Virus record (IMG/VR): IMGVR_UViG_3300017991_000120
Location: 1-59,822 of that record
From: a virus
Taxonomy: Duplodnaviria > Caudoviricetes
Direction: 5' to 3' (one strand)
Length of the DNA: 59,822 nucleotides
The notes beneath the pieces were generated by a model. The model was not told the origin of the DNA. It searched no databases and saw only the letters and a list, made by a program, of their open reading frames with translations. The position numbers and the translations under genes are program-made. Positions 46,973 to 56,582 of this stretch are shown piece by piece. The number at the start of each line of letters is the position of its first letter. The first letter of the stretch is position 1.

Positions 46973-48127
46973 ATGCCTGAATTAAAGCCTACCCTGCCAA
47001 CTATTGGTCAGCAAGTTCCGGCCAATATTGGCGAAAACGAACTTAACCAAGTGAGTTCTATGTCGTCCGCTATGGTTGAGATTCAATCAGCGATTATGGT
47101 TGCCAAAGGCATGCCCCGAAGTGAGGACGTGGCTTTTGATCGTTTGATGCGGGCGTGTAAACGTCCAACTTTTGCCGATAGTGCTGAATATCAGTACCCG
47201 CGCGGTGGTGCAACCATTGTTGGCCCCTCTGTTAATCTCGCACGTGAAGCCGCACGATGTTGGGGAAATATCCGCTATGGCCTTGAAATTGTCCGCGACA
47301 CTGAGGATGAACGGCAAATAAGAGGTTGGGCGTGGGATATGGAAACCAACGTAAAGGTTGAGGCAGAGGATGCGTTCAAAAAACTTATTTACCGCAAGAC
47401 CAATGGCGGTGAATGGATTAAACCGGATGAACGCGAATTGCGTGAACTTACAAATCGGCGCGGTGCCATTGTCACACGAAATGCAATTCTCCAAGTTCTG
47501 CCTCGAGACCTGATTGAAGATGCTCAAAATAAATGCCGTGATACCATTAAAGCAAAAATTACCGAGGATCCCGAAGCCGCACGGAAACGCATTATCTTAG
47601 GCTTTCAGGAACTTCATGTAAGTGCTAAGAATATCGAGGCATTCTTAGGTCACGAAATTTCGGAATGTTCTCCGAAGGAACTGCAAAACCTGCGTTCCAT
47701 GTATCAAGCTATTCGTGATGGTGCCGCTAAATGGACGGACTTTGTTGAAGCCAAGGATGATTTGAAGGCTGACAATAAAGCCGACGAGAAAAAGCAAAAG
47801 CCCAAAGCCCGTGCGAGAGTCAGGAAGTCAAAAGCTGAAAAGAACGAGAAGTCCGAACCGCCAACGCCAACGGAGCCGCCGGCAGAGAAACCAAAGTCAA
47901 ATGGTAACGGCAATGGTGGATCAACTTCACAAATTAAAGGCCAAATCATTTCAATTATGCACAAATGGCCGGAACAGCAAAAGATGAATTGGATTGGAAG
48001 TGAAGGCTTTGAGTCCGTTAATGACTTACTGGCTTCCGTGTCGGATGTGAATTCTGTTGTCAAGCTGTTGGACAAGGTTAAAAAGCAAAACCAAAACCTT
48101 ATTGATGATGGATTTTTGACAAAGTAA
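46973..48127 (+). CDS. single-strand annealing/recombinase-like protein (putative)
   Basis: AAGGAGGT SD then ATG at 46973; follows the exonuclease; 'GPSVNLAREAARCWGNIRYG', 'RNAILQVLP'. Confidence 0.55.
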   Translation: MPELKPTLPTIGQQVPANIGENELNQVSSMSSAMVEIQSAIMVAKGMPRSEDVAFDRLMRACKRPTFADSAEYQYPRGGATIVGPSVNLAREAARCWGNIRYGLEIVRDTEDERQIRGWAWDMETNVKVEAEDAFKKLIYRKTNGGEWIKPDERELRELTNRRGAIVTRNAILQVLPRDLIEDAQNKCRDTIKAKITEDPEAARKRIILGFQELHVSAKNIEAFLGHEISECSPKELQNLRSMYQAIRDGAAKWTDFVEAKDDLKADNKADEKKQKPKARARVRKSKAEKNEKSEPPTPTEPPAEKPKSNGNGNGGSTSQIKGQIISIMHKWPEQQKMNWIGSEGFESVNDLLASVSDVNSVVKLLDKVKKQNQNLIDDGFLTK

Positions 48128-48132
48128 TCACA

Positions 48133-48257
48133 AGGGCAGTGGTGTATGACATCCAAGGTAGACGGCAGAAAACGCACGGTGAGACTCCGTGGTAAGTACA
48201 CGACCGAGGTTGTGTGCTGAATGTCTAAGCGGTACTCAATCCCTCTGCCACTGCCCT
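48133..48257 (+). ncRNA. intergenic multi-stem structured RNA candidate
   Basis: 11-bp closing stem, inner TAGACG/TGTCTA stem, T-loop-like hairpin CACGG-TGAGACT-CCGTG, 10-bp hairpin. Confidence 0.55.
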
Positions 48258-48275
48258 ATTTAAAAGGAGTAAATT

Positions 48276-48554
48276 GTGGGTGACTACAAAGACCCGAAAC
48301 AAGAGGCACTGACTTTTTTGCAAAAGTTAAAACGTGTCCGCGAAAGCAAGAGCAATGCGGGCAAGTGGTGGTCTCGATCTTTCGGTAGAAAAACCAAGCA
48401 GACCTCCCGTATTATGGCCGATGGTTCAAAATACATTCGGCCTTATTTGGGCTTTCCGCGTTCGCGCTTGCCAAAGCCGAGAAAAGGTTTTTGCGATATG
48501 CGGAGACTTGTACGTTTGAGAATGGCCCGTAAATATGGAAGGTCTCTAAAATAA
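48276..48554 (+). CDS. basic hypothetical protein
   Basis: AAGGAG SD then GTG. Confidence 0.5.
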   Translation: MGDYKDPKQEALTFLQKLKRVRESKSNAGKWWSRSFGRKTKQTSRIMADGSKYIRPYLGFPRSRLPKPRKGFCDMRRLVRLRMARKYGRSLK

Positions 48555-48563
48555 GGGATTCAC

Positions 48564-48881
48564 ATGGACTTTAAAAAACATCCTAACGGCGGGCTTTATT
48601 ATAGATTTGACAAAAGCTCTTATTTGGGTGATATCAGAGGATTCAGGAAGGCTATTAAAAAGTTAAAATCGTGGGCGTGGCCTTGTTATGAATTTGATGA
48701 TGCAGAGAACTGGGGTTTTGTAGGAAAACAAGACTTGGACGCCTTTTGGGCGTTGAAGGAGCTTTATATTGACCGCCCTAAAAATGAGGCAAAGCAATTG
48801 AAAGCACTTGGCTTCAAGCCGTTGAAATCTGATAATAAATTCCGGCGTAGGGCCATTGTAAAAAAACCACCAACAGTATAA
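48564..48881 (+). CDS. hypothetical protein
   Basis: Operon context. Confidence 0.55.
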   Translation: MDFKKHPNGGLYYRFDKSSYLGDIRGFRKAIKKLKSWAWPCYEFDDAENWGFVGKQDLDAFWALKELYIDRPKNEAKQLKALGFKPLKSDNKFRRRAIVKKPPTV

Positions 48882-48890
48882 GGAGGAACC

Positions 48891-49370
48891 GTGTCACGGA
48901 TTGAATCACAACTAACCTTAAAAAAGGAGTTCACAAAAGAGGAACTTTCTGAAATGCGGGAAGGCTACTTTGATGAACTGAGCAGATTAAAGGACTTGGA
49001 GTCTGAATTGGCGTACGCCAAAGAAGACCTCGGTGGGAAAATTAAAGCGGTAAAAGCGAGAGTGGATGAGCTTTATGATCGAATCAGCCGCAAATATACC
49101 TTTGAAAAAGTCCTTTGTGAAAAACGTTTTGATGAAGAAAACCATTTGATCGTATGGGTTGACACCCACACCGGAGAGATTGTAAAGTCCGAAAAAGCGC
49201 CGCCGGACTTATTCTCGCCTGAACAAATTCCGTTAGAAGCGGGAGATCGTCGAATCACAGATCCGGATGACGTTGATGAGGATAACACTACCGACGTTGA
49301 CGAGGAAGAATATGATGATGATGACCTTCCACTGGATGATGATGACAGTTATGTCGACGACGAGGATTGA
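48891..49370 (+). CDS. coiled-coil protein with acidic tail
   Basis: AAGGAGG SD then GTG; D/E-rich C-terminus. Confidence 0.65.
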   Translation: MSRIESQLTLKKEFTKEELSEMREGYFDELSRLKDLESELAYAKEDLGGKIKAVKARVDELYDRISRKYTFEKVLCEKRFDEENHLIVWVDTHTGEIVKSEKAPPDLFSPEQIPLEAGDRRITDPDDVDEDNTTDVDEEEYDDDDLPLDDDDSYVDDED

Positions 49371-49995
49371 TCCAAATGAAGAATTGGCATGTGCCCTACG
49401 TGATTTAGGAATGACACGTGCCGTTCTTCATGCCGAATTCCATAGCGAGGGTTGGCGCTCTCTTGCTATGCACTATATCTTAATCTATCCTGATGACTTT
49501 TTTATTTCCGAAGAAGTCCGAGACTTTGCCTATGCTTTGGGATTCGTAAAACCGCCCGATGAGCGGGCGTGGGGCTATGTCTTTACCGAAGCAAAAAAAC
49601 GTGGCTACATTTTGGCAAATGGCATTGATGTTTCCAAGAAACCGCATTGCCACAAAACGTATGTCACTCGATGGAAACGAATAGTTGACACGGGAATTCA
49701 AATGAGAGATTTTAAAAAAGGACAGCAGGTTCACATTCACTTGATTCGTTCGGACTTCACGGACGGGAAGTGGGCGTTGACCGGTCCAGTCCATGGTAAA
49801 GTTGGAATCGTAAAAGGACAGCGAAAAGAATTCCGAGGAAAATACCATATCGTTGAAGTGGAAGTCCAAGGTCACAATCATAATTGTCCTGAACTATTAA
49901 ATGCAAAGTACCTAACACCGATAGACAGCGAGGATCAAATTCCGGAGATCGAGGCTGGATTACCAGCGGAACAGTTAACCCTATTTGGAGAATGA
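49351..49995 (+). CDS. hypothetical protein
   Basis: 'PPDERAWGYVFTEAKKRGYI' segment typical of small phage proteins; start uncertain. Confidence 0.55.
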   Translation: MSTTRIDPNEELACALRDLGMTRAVLHAEFHSEGWRSLAMHYILIYPDDFFISEEVRDFAYALGFVKPPDERAWGYVFTEAKKRGYILANGIDVSKKPHCHKTYVTRWKRIVDTGIQMRDFKKGQQVHIHLIRSDFTDGKWALTGPVHGKVGIVKGQRKEFRGKYHIVEVEVQGHNHNCPELLNAKYLTPIDSEDQIPEIEAGLPAEQLTLFGE

Positions 49996-50209
49996 TGTGG
50001 GACGACCTAAAAAGAAATCGGAAAAAACGTTAACTGGTATCAAGGGCCAAAAAAGGAAGTGCCCAATGTGTATGGGCGCAAAAGAAACAACACACCAAAT
50101 CGCCAATCAAAGAGTGAATGACATAAAAATTAAACGCGCCTTGGGTCACAAACGGTTTTATACTAAAACCTGCGAACGATGCAATGGAAGCGGAGAGGTG
50201 GATGATTAA
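49985..50209 (+). CDS. DnaJ-like Zn-finger small protein
   Basis: CPMCMG...CERCNGSG. Confidence 0.55.
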   Translation: MENDVGRPKKKSEKTLTGIKGQKRKCPMCMGAKETTHQIANQRVNDIKIKRALGHKRFYTKTCERCNGSGEVDD

Positions 50210-50745
50210 TGGAAATCAAAATCGATCAAGATATCGCTTTACCAAAAAGGCTTGAACACATCTTTTTGATGCTTTACAACAAAACGCCTTTGGTAATGCA
50301 CAAGCACTTCAAATGGCATTCGGATGATTGCCGTTATTTTATTGTCAAGATAGACGCTCACACCACAGAGGTTGAAGGTGATAAGAAATATATTGGAGTC
50401 ACTTTTAATCTGTTTGATGCAACCGTTTTTGAGCGAAGTGAGTTATCCGCTTTGGGTGCCCAACTTGGACGCGGTTCCATAGCGCAATGGAAAGGGCATT
50501 GGTCAAATGAAGCTGAAAAACTTTTCAAATCAAGGATGCAGGATCAAAGAAAAACCGATGAAACGTTCGGCACCGCTATTGTAAAACAAGGTGAAACGCT
50601 GGCAATTGATCCCGCCTTTGATGATCCCTTTGCTCCTCTCCAACAAGCCTTTGATGAAAAAAAGACAATGACAGTGGAAAACTACAAAAAAGGAGTCAGG
50701 GACAAAATAAAATCTTGGCCTATTGTTAAAAAATTTGTAAAATAG
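50209..50745 (+). CDS. hypothetical protein
   Basis: TAATG coupling to the upstream gene. Confidence 0.55.
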   Translation: MEIKIDQDIALPKRLEHIFLMLYNKTPLVMHKHFKWHSDDCRYFIVKIDAHTTEVEGDKKYIGVTFNLFDATVFERSELSALGAQLGRGSIAQWKGHWSNEAEKLFKSRMQDQRKTDETFGTAIVKQGETLAIDPAFDDPFAPLQQAFDEKKTMTVENYKKGVRDKIKSWPIVKKFVK

Positions 50746-50766
50746 CAAAACAGAAAGGAGACGACT

Positions 50767-50994
50767 TTGCCTGATCAAGATAAAAACTGCATTCACTGCC
50801 TCCATACGAAAATTTGTCCTTTCGCAAATCAAATCGAAGCAACGGTCATGGAGTTTTCAGGGCTTTACCTTTCAGAGCCGACAAGCCTACAAAAGGTTAT
50901 GGTTTATATGTCGATTGGTTTAGCGTCTGGATGTGAAAACTACCTCCCGCTCTCGGAGCTAAAAGGGTACCATTCGGAAGATACTGAGGGCTGA
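50767..50994 (+). CDS. small Cys-rich protein
   Basis: AAGGAG SD then TTG; CxxC-x4-C..C. Confidence 0.55.
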   Translation: MPDQDKNCIHCLHTKICPFANQIEATVMEFSGLYLSEPTSLQKVMVYMSIGLASGCENYLPLSELKGYHSEDTEG

Positions 50995-51002
50995 GGTGGT
51001 AA

Positions 51003-51803
51003 ATGGCTGAGGATAAAAAGGGATTTTTATTATACCTTGATTATTGGGAGTTCATGAAGAAGCTGTCCAACGATCAGATAGGGCAGTTAATGAAGTGCAT
51101 CTTTGAATATGAAAAAAACCTCGAAGTCCCTGAAATAGATGACCTTGCCGTCGACATTGCCTTTACACAGATTAAAAACAACTTGGATCGCAACCGCGTT
51201 GAATATGCAAAAACTGTTGAAAAGCGCAGGAAAGCCGCACAAAAACGTTGGGAGCAAAAAGAAAAAGCCATAACGCAGGACGTCGGATCAGCAGAAACAG
51301 AGCAGGCGATGCATGTGCATAATTTGCATAAAGGTGCATCAACCTGCAATGCAAACGATGCTGATAATGATACTGATAATGATACTGATATTGAGAATGG
51401 TAATGGTAATGAAAAGGGTAATGATAATGATATTCGGAATTCTGTCCCTCTTGGCGAGCTTTTTGAAATGCCCAAGAACGGTTTGGCATTTACCTATACA
51501 GAATTTGCCATAATGTGGCCGCCCGGGAAAGATAATTATAAGCACGGATTGACTCCGGCGAGGGAGATATGGCCTCAATTTGTTACCGATGAAAATCGGA
51601 TGGATTTGAAACAGGCAACCCAAAATTACCTTGAAACCGAAATGGTCAAAAAGGGAATGGTTATGTCTGCCGAAAAATTTGTTCGTGGCGCGTGGAGAGA
51701 TTATTTAAGGCCGGAGAAACCACCACCAAAGAAAACGGCTGTTGACCGAGCAAGAGAACAGGCGTCACGAATCAAAAAGGAGATGACGAATGGTTCCAGA
51801 TGA
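51003..51803 (+). CDS. phage replication initiator (DUF6291-type N-terminus)
   Basis: 'KKGFLLYLDY..KLSNDQIGQLMKCIFEY' N-terminus, central D/N repeat linker, C-terminal 'AEKFVRGAWRDY'. Confidence 0.75.
   Translation: MAEDKKGFLLYLDYWEFMKKLSNDQIGQLMKCIFEYEKNLEVPEIDDLAVDIAFTQIKNNLDRNRVEYAKTVEKRRKAAQKRWEQKEKAITQDVGSAETEQAMHVHNLHKGASTCNANDADNDTDNDTDIENGNGNEKGNDNDIRNSVPLGELFEMPKNGLAFTYTEFAIMWPPGKDNYKHGLTPAREIWPQFVTDENRMDLKQATQNYLETEMVKKGMVMSAEKFVRGAWRDYLRPEKPPPKKTAVDRAREQASRIKKEMTNGSR
51310..51432. repeat. iteron-like repeats inside the initiator gene (candidate origin)
   Basis: TGCA at 51310, 51316, 51325, 51335, 51345, 51350, then CTGATAATGATA x2 plus GATAAT/GGTAAT repeats. Confidence 0.55.
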
Positions 51804-52365
51804 TTTGGAACGTTTTACGATTTTTATGAACCAACTGGCTGAGGTGTGCAAGGAAAAAGACCCGCCATCCGACGATAAAATCAAAGGCTATTTTATCCTT
51901 TTGATGGATATGGAGTTTGATGATATTCTTGCCAACGCCTACGAATCTGTGAAGCATGGCGAAAATTGGTTTCCATCTCCGATGGCAATGCGGGGCGAAG
52001 ATAAATTAGAATACTATGCTGATCAGGCGTACATGGTAGCCAAACAGATTTTGGCAGATCATTTCTATCCAGACTTTCCCGCGACCTCATTAAAGGTGGT
52101 AAGGCGAAAGTTAAATGACGTTGGTCTTGGTGGTTATTTTGATATTGTAAACGAATTTGGGCTTGAAATGCTGAATGGTGATAATCCAACGGCAACGCGA
52201 GCGCAATTCAGAAGGGCTTTCAAAAGCATAGCAACGGTTGGGAAGATGCGTGAACTGCCGGAGTTCCTGAAAAAGGCACCAAAGCAAATAAACGCCCACA
52301 GCAACGAACCAAAGGCATTGGCCTCGATTGCAAAGAAAATCCTTGCCAAAAATGAGGACGATTGA
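51790..52365 (+). CDS. helicase loader/replication accessory protein (putative)
   Basis: Follows the initiator; 'WFPSPMAMR' resembles the F-P-x-P-A motif of loader-like proteins. Confidence 0.5.
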   Translation: MVPDDLERFTIFMNQLAEVCKEKDPPSDDKIKGYFILLMDMEFDDILANAYESVKHGENWFPSPMAMRGEDKLEYYADQAYMVAKQILADHFYPDFPATSLKVVRRKLNDVGLGGYFDIVNEFGLEMLNGDNPTATRAQFRRAFKSIATVGKMRELPEFLKKAPKQINAHSNEPKALASIAKKILAKNEDD

Positions 52366-52399
52366 TATTTTAGCTGGAACTAAAATATAGGAGCTTTAA

Positions 52400-52990
52400 A
52401 TGAAAAAAATCATCCTCATTGCGTTGCCTATTTTGCTCATTGCCTTGATAGTTTATTCGCTGTTGACGCATAAAAACGAGCCACCGGCACCGCCCGAAAT
52501 CGTTCAAAATGTTTTTGCTGATTCTGGTTACACGTGGATTTCACTTGCATGGGAAAACAGCAAAGGCACTGAATGGTGTGACATCACATGGAATTCTGGA
52601 TCAGCGAGGACAAAAAAAGACGTCTTTGAGATTAATGATTTGGAAACGGATTCACTTTATACTATCACAATCACTGCAGGAAACGATGGTGGAACAGCCA
52701 CACCATTTACACTGGATGTCAAAACACTTGGCAAGATGTATGCTTTTTGGGACAAGGTCATTGATTATCGCGATGAATTCCATTTAATACCAACAGGTCC
52801 AGTGACCTACGAGCTTTATAGTTTAGAGGATTCCAGTTCGATTATGACAATGGACACGGTTTACCATTTTATTTTGGGCAAGGATTCACTTTTCAAATCC
52901 ACCAAAAATCCTTGCGGGAAAGTTCGTTGTATTGATAAGGCTGGAAACATCGGTGAATGGTCAGAGGTTGGGTGTGCAGATATTGAATAA
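52400..52990 (+). CDS. membrane-anchored/secreted fibronectin type III-like protein
   Basis: Hydrophobic N-terminus; 'ISLAWE...INDLETDSLYTITITAGNDGG' Fn3 pattern. Confidence 0.7.
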   Translation: MKKIILIALPILLIALIVYSLLTHKNEPPAPPEIVQNVFADSGYTWISLAWENSKGTEWCDITWNSGSARTKKDVFEINDLETDSLYTITITAGNDGGTATPFTLDVKTLGKMYAFWDKVIDYRDEFHLIPTGPVTYELYSLEDSSSIMTMDTVYHFILGKDSLFKSTKNPCGKVRCIDKAGNIGEWSEVGCADIE

Positions 52991-52993
52991 AAT

Positions 52994-53236
52994 ATGGAAG
53001 ATACCCAAGAAAAACGGACATCAGGAGCCAGCCATTCGGAACGGTACAAACGAGAAAAGGAATTTGTCCGAAAAACTGTTCTAAACTTTGTTCTTTTTAA
53101 CTTAATCGCGCTGGAAAATATGTTGCGTGATACAGGTTACTATTTGGAGCTTTTGGGGCCGTTGACAAGGTGTCGACATGACATTCAAAAGCTCTTAGAT
53201 ATACCACAAAAAAAGGAAGGGAACCGCAATGATTAA
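52994..53236 (+). CDS. hypothetical protein
   Basis: Operon context. Confidence 0.45.
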   Translation: MEDTQEKRTSGASHSERYKREKEFVRKTVLNFVLFNLIALENMLRDTGYYLELLGPLTRCRHDIQKLLDIPQKKEGNRND

Positions 53237-53876
53237 CGAAATGATTTCGATAGTCGGTTTATTCTTGTTTGCCGCAATTTATGCCGTTCTTGACGGTATG
53301 CGGGACGGAATAGATCACTACAAAGGGGCCAAGACACTCTACTCTTTTTGGCATTTTTTGAAACACATGGGGCGAATATTTTTGTTCATCACTGGTTGGG
53401 AGGCATGTAATGTCCAGTGGTGGGCACTCGTTCCTTTTGTTTTTATGTTGCCAGTCTACAAATATCTATGGGATCAAGTTTATGAAAAACGGGCGCGGTG
53501 GGCAAATCTGGATGATCGGATAGTGATAAAAACTGGAAATGATTATTTTGATAAGTTACTTGGATTTGACAAACAGCCTCCGGAGGAACCTTTTGCATAT
53601 AATTATAACATCCAAGTTGATCATCATTTGAAACTGGATTGTCTCTATTTCAAAGATTTGGTCTCAATGAACAAGCCTTTTGAAGTCCGAGACACATCGG
53701 ACAGGGATTTTTATGTTGGTCAAATTGTATGCCTCCAAGAATATGAATTGGGTGCCTTTACTGGACGAACGATTTATCGTGTCGTGTCATATGTTTTAAC
53801 TGATCAATTCATCGGTGTTGCTGATGGTTATTGCGTATTAGGATTGAAAAAAATTGAAGACATCGCATCCATTTAA
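53229..53876 (+). CDS. membrane protein fused to DUF3850/ASCH(PUA)-like domain
   Basis: About three TM segments, then 'HHLKL..YFKDLVSMNKPFEVR..DRDFYVGQIVCLQEY..FTGR..VSYV..GYCVLG'. Confidence 0.75.
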   Translation: MINEMISIVGLFLFAAIYAVLDGMRDGIDHYKGAKTLYSFWHFLKHMGRIFLFITGWEACNVQWWALVPFVFMLPVYKYLWDQVYEKRARWANLDDRIVIKTGNDYFDKLLGFDKQPPEEPFAYNYNIQVDHHLKLDCLYFKDLVSMNKPFEVRDTSDRDFYVGQIVCLQEYELGAFTGRTIYRVVSYVLTDQFIGVADGYCVLGLKKIEDIASI

Positions 53877-54051
53877 AACTGCACCTTATAATGACGTGGA
53901 ACGTTTTTTTGAGGTTCGAAACGTTGAATCCCAAGTTTGGCCGGGATTGGTGGTATTTTATGACCCTAAGCTAAACCAAAAACTGGCCTTTCTCGATACG
54001 TGCAATAAAATCGGATATATTCACCCTCGCTTTGTGGAGGTTGAAAAATGA
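53854..54051 (+). CDS. hypothetical protein
   Basis: Overlapping operon context. Confidence 0.4.
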   Translation: MKTSHPFKTAPYNDVERFFEVRNVESQVWPGLVVFYDPKLNQKLAFLDTCNKIGYIHPRFVEVEK

Positions 54052-54239
54052 AGGAGGATGAAGTGAACTGGTATATCAATGATGCGGCAATGCTATTCAT
54101 GTTTATCATTTACACCATAGCCATATTTCTTGCTGGAAACCTTTGTGCTGTTTTGTTTATGGTTTGGATTAATCGTCAATGGAAGGAAGAAGATGAGTAT
54201 AAAATAATTTCCGAGGAGGAAATAGAAGTTGATATCTAA
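54048..54239 (+). CDS. small membrane protein
   Basis: GGAGG SD; long hydrophobic stretch. Confidence 0.5.
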   Translation: MKEDEVNWYINDAAMLFMFIIYTIAIFLAGNLCAVLFMVWINRQWKEEDEYKIISEEEIEVDI

Positions 54240-54361
54240 ATATATTGAACTGGTCTTGGATAATTTGATAGAGGTAATTGTCGGTCTTGCCGTTGTCTAT
54301 TTTATTTTAGTCCCATTGGGCACCGTTGAATTCATTGGAAAACTTATAAAGGCGATCAAAG

Positions 54362-54841
54362 ATGCATTTAATAATGGGTATCGATCCTGATGTTGAAAAA
54401 AACGGCATAGCTTTTTGGGACGTCAATCAAGGAAAACTGATTTTGAATAATTGGCGGTTTCCAATTCTCATGGAGCGTATGCAAACAAGGGCAATGAAAG
54501 CCGCCGTTGGCCGCATTCGCGTTGAAGCTGGTTGGTTAAATAAGCCTTCAAACTGGCACAAGTTAAAGGTAAAGCCAACCACACCACAAGCCGACAAAAT
54601 CAAAATATTTGAAAAGATATCTCAAAAGGTTGGTCGAAATCATCAAACAGGGATCCTTATTGTTGAATGCCTACGTCACTTTGGGTACAATGTTGAAGAA
54701 GTCAAACCGATTGGTAAGGTTTGGGATAGTCACGAAAAATTTGTAAGGGCGACCGGTTATGACGGCAAAAGATCAAATCAGGAAACGAGGGATGCCGCGG
54801 CTCTCGTTTACGCCATGCAATCAATGAGAAGTCCGTGGTAA
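54362..54841 (+). CDS. RuvC-like Holliday junction resolvase (putative)
   Basis: IMGIDPD..NGIA, RVEAG and NQETRDAA give an RNase H-fold acidic residue pattern. Confidence 0.65.
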   Translation: MHLIMGIDPDVEKNGIAFWDVNQGKLILNNWRFPILMERMQTRAMKAAVGRIRVEAGWLNKPSNWHKLKVKPTTPQADKIKIFEKISQKVGRNHQTGILIVECLRHFGYNVEEVKPIGKVWDSHEKFVRATGYDGKRSNQETRDAAALVYAMQSMRSPW

Positions 54842-54860
54842 AAGCAGAAAGGGAATCGCA

Positions 54861-55109
54861 GTGTCAATTCGGAATGTAAGAAATTTTTGGTTAACGGCTG
54901 AGGTTGATGGTCGAAGGACGGATATTGAAACGGTACCAATAGCCAGCGATGGAGGAATGAATCTCACCATATTGGTAAGGGAGCAAGGGTCTGTCTCCGA
55001 ATCCCTCGTCGAAATAAGGTGTGTCTCTGTCGGAGGAGAAAATAAAATTTTCATTGAAATTGTTCGTGGTGATGAAAGTGAAATTCATGAATTAAAAGTG
55101 GAGAGGTGA
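54861..55109 (+). CDS. hypothetical protein
   Basis: 'VRNFWLTAEVDGRRT'; SD-like AAGGGA. Confidence 0.55.
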   Translation: MSIRNVRNFWLTAEVDGRRTDIETVPIASDGGMNLTILVREQGSVSESLVEIRCVSVGGENKIFIEIVRGDESEIHELKVER

Positions 55110-55110
55110 T

Positions 55111-55557
55111 ATGCCAATACCAGAATGGAAAAAACCGTTTTATCCCGAGGATTGGGACACCATCAGCTTTGAAGTAAAATCAGAGCAGAATTTTGAGTGC
55201 AGGATATGCGGAGCAAAACATGGAGCGCCATTAAACGATTCGGTGGCAAAGGTAGTTTTAACGACGCATCATTTGCTTGGTCTATTGCATCCTGCCGCAA
55301 ACAAAAAAGAGTTTCTCATGGCTTTGTGTCAAAGGTGTCATTTGCGTCTTGACGCTCCGAGAAAAATTATGAATCGTAAGTTAATGGACGAAGTGATGAA
55401 ATCACCTTTTGATTATTTGAGCGGTGGTGAGGTTGAAACCGAATATGGTGTTCTGACCGTGGATCCGGATAGCAGATTACCATACAATCATCAACTCGTT
55501 GTGGTGGACTTTTATCACATCGTTGGAGCTTTGAAAATATATGTGGAGCCAGCATGA
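55111..55557 (+). CDS. HNH endonuclease
   Basis: YPEDW..IS..VK, CRICG, VLTTHHL, LCQRCHL. Confidence 0.85.
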   Translation: MPIPEWKKPFYPEDWDTISFEVKSEQNFECRICGAKHGAPLNDSVAKVVLTTHHLLGLLHPAANKKEFLMALCQRCHLRLDAPRKIMNRKLMDEVMKSPFDYLSGGEVETEYGVLTVDPDSRLPYNHQLVVVDFYHIVGALKIYVEPA

Positions 55558-55898
55558 TAGTCATAGTAAGCGAAAAGTATTTGACAAGGTCGTTTTTGTT
55601 AAGAAAAGGTGATGCATTTAATTTGACAATAGACGGTGATATCGATACCGTTTTTGGAAAAAAGACCTTTGACCAAATGGTTCTTTTGGAGGAAAATTTT
55701 ACCAAAGATACAATCATCGATTGGTGTTGTATTTTTATCTTTGCCGATGACAAAACGGGAAAAGTCTTGGCACCGAACTTTTGCGGATTTTTTGGTCACT
55801 CCATAAACTTGCCGGACGAAATTGTCATGGCAACAAGGATGGATGAATTGGCGCCAGTCGAATATAAAAATTTTATGACCACGGCGCCGTTCAAATAA
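55554..55898 (+). CDS. hypothetical protein
   Basis: ATGA coupling to the HNH gene. Confidence 0.5.
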   Translation: MIVIVSEKYLTRSFLLRKGDAFNLTIDGDIDTVFGKKTFDQMVLLEENFTKDTIIDWCCIFIFADDKTGKVLAPNFCGFFGHSINLPDEIVMATRMDELAPVEYKNFMTTAPFK

Positions 55899-56042
55899 TC
55901 GAGGAGCCCAATGCCAAGAAAGTCCGAAAAATATGCTGGTTTAAGGTATGTTGGAACGTTTTTTCGAGATTCTTTGGCGCTCTAAAACCTAAGTAGATAA
56001 AAAATGGTATTTTAAACAAAAGCCGCGCATCGCTCAAATCGC

Positions 56043-56074
56043 TCCTGCCATTAGGTTTTTTGGCAGGATTTTTT
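56043..56074 (+). terminator. intrinsic terminator
   Basis: TCCTGCCA / TGGCAGGA stem followed by T6. Confidence 0.55.
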
Positions 56075-56225
56075 ATTTCCGCGAAATTATCCAAACATTC
56101 CTAAGTTACCAAAAAACATTACTGTGAATTACAGTTCTAATTTTTAAAAATACAAGTGTTTACAAAAAACGCAAATATTTCTTTAATTTTTCCTAAAAAA
56201 TACCTAATCTAATCTTCAACAAGAC

Positions 56226-56582
56226 ATGAACGATAAGGAGAAAATTATGTTTATCACTTGCAAGACGTTGGAAGTGGCAGGGAGCCATTCCTTGAAATTG
56301 GATTACGGTAGTCCTTGCCAAAGAGTGCATGGTCATAATTGGATCATAAAGGTGTGGTGCCGTTCGGAAAGTGTCGACAAAAACGGCATGGTGGTTGATT
56401 TTTCCAAGGTCAAGAAAATTGTCCATGGCACCTTGGATCATGAAAATATTAACGAAGTCGTAGACTTTAATCCGACGGCTGAAAACATAGCCTATTGGAT
56501 TGTTCAGGCGGTTCCATTCTGTTTTAAGGCAGAGATTTGGGAAAGCCGTGACAATTATGCCTGCTATGAAAAACTTTTATAA
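56226..56582 (+). CDS. queD: 6-carboxytetrahydropterin synthase QueD
   Basis: CQRVHGHNW, GMVVDF, LDH, PTAENIA, WES motifs; the SD-led ATG about 21 nt downstream is the likelier start. Confidence 0.95.
   Translation: MNDKEKIMFITCKTLEVAGSHSLKLDYGSPCQRVHGHNWIIKVWCRSESVDKNGMVVDFSKVKKIVHGTLDHENINEVVDFNPTAENIAYWIVQAVPFCFKAEIWESRDNYACYEKLL

Noticed and set aside
55900-56225. preQ1 riboswitch upstream of queD
   Set aside because: No stem plus A-rich tail matching the class I consensus could be identified by eye.
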